DNA from: Tricharina praecox
Taxonomy: Eukaryota
Direction of reading: 5' to 3'
Length of the DNA stretch: 64,000 bases
Assembly (NCBI RefSeq): GCF_024521635.1
Contig: NW_026250415.1
Location: 496,001 to 560,000 of the forward strand
Shown piece after piece: positions 63,445 to 64,000 of the stretch. How positions within the stretch are numbered: the stretch's first letter is position 1; the number at the start of each line of letters is the position of its first letter. The notes beneath the pieces are model-generated. The model had not been told where the DNA came from. It saw nothing but the letters and a program-made list of their open reading frames with translations, and did no database searches. A program made the position numbers and the translations under genes.

Positions 63445-64000
63445 ATGCCCGTAAAACTCAAGCCCAAGGACATAACGTACCTCAAGAAGGGGGTACGACT
63501 ATTCCCATCTGCGCACTACATCTCCACGGGCTGACAGACTCGACCACAGACGGTCCGCCAAAACTGGTCGGTTGTAACCCTCTACAACTTGACCCGGATG
63601 CAACGGCAAAAAACAAACGGCCGTACGTTCTTCCAGCAAAAATACGCAGCGAAGCAAGAGACACGGAAGTACCACGGAGAACACCTTACCAAAAGGCAAT
63701 GGCAGAACATCTTCAAGCACTCGCTCAAATCGGTCGTGCCGATGAACACGCCGAAGTTGGCGTCGAGCGATGGGTCCGAGTATGGTGCCGGTAGAGGAAG
63801 TGGACTGGACAATGCCGAGAAGAGACGGACCATGCCAGTCCCGTATATGAACCAGACTTTTGCGCCGATGGAAAGAAGACTCGATATGGCGATTTTCAGG
63901 GCTATGTTCGCATCCTCTGCCATCCAGGCACGGCAGTTTGTTATTCATGGGTTTGTGAAAGTCAATGGAAAGAAGGTGCGTTTTGGCAAAGGGCTGCGAT
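63445..64000 (+). CDS. NAM9: Mitochondrial ribosomal protein uS4m, 5' part (runs off the window)
   Basis: Intron 63493-63549; [60 protein letters not shown]; next donor at 63976. Confidence 0.92.

Overview
Intron-containing genomic DNA from a filamentous ascomycete; Pezizomycetes-like is an inference from gene style only. The conserved core holds the 3' end of an M3 oligopeptidase, an intron-containing tRNA-Ser(CGA), a BBE-like FAD oxidase, U1 snRNA, BTA1, a SPRY protein, a Cys/His-tailed disordered protein, gpd, SGD1, a SulP transporter, GCP6, PXA1, ATP20, RTS2 and the 5' end of NAM9. Three accessory structures stand out. (1) A mirror-symmetric quartet of two-finger C2H2 genes (two intact, two relics) at ~7.4-12.3 kb. 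(2) A ~2 kb gag-only LTR retroelement with diverged LTRs, PBS, PPT and a tandemly duplicated capsid-like module at 14168-16195. (3) A small secreted-protein gene enclosed by ~400-bp inverted repeats, one arm of which is the SPRY gene's 3' region. All calls were made by eye without database searches.
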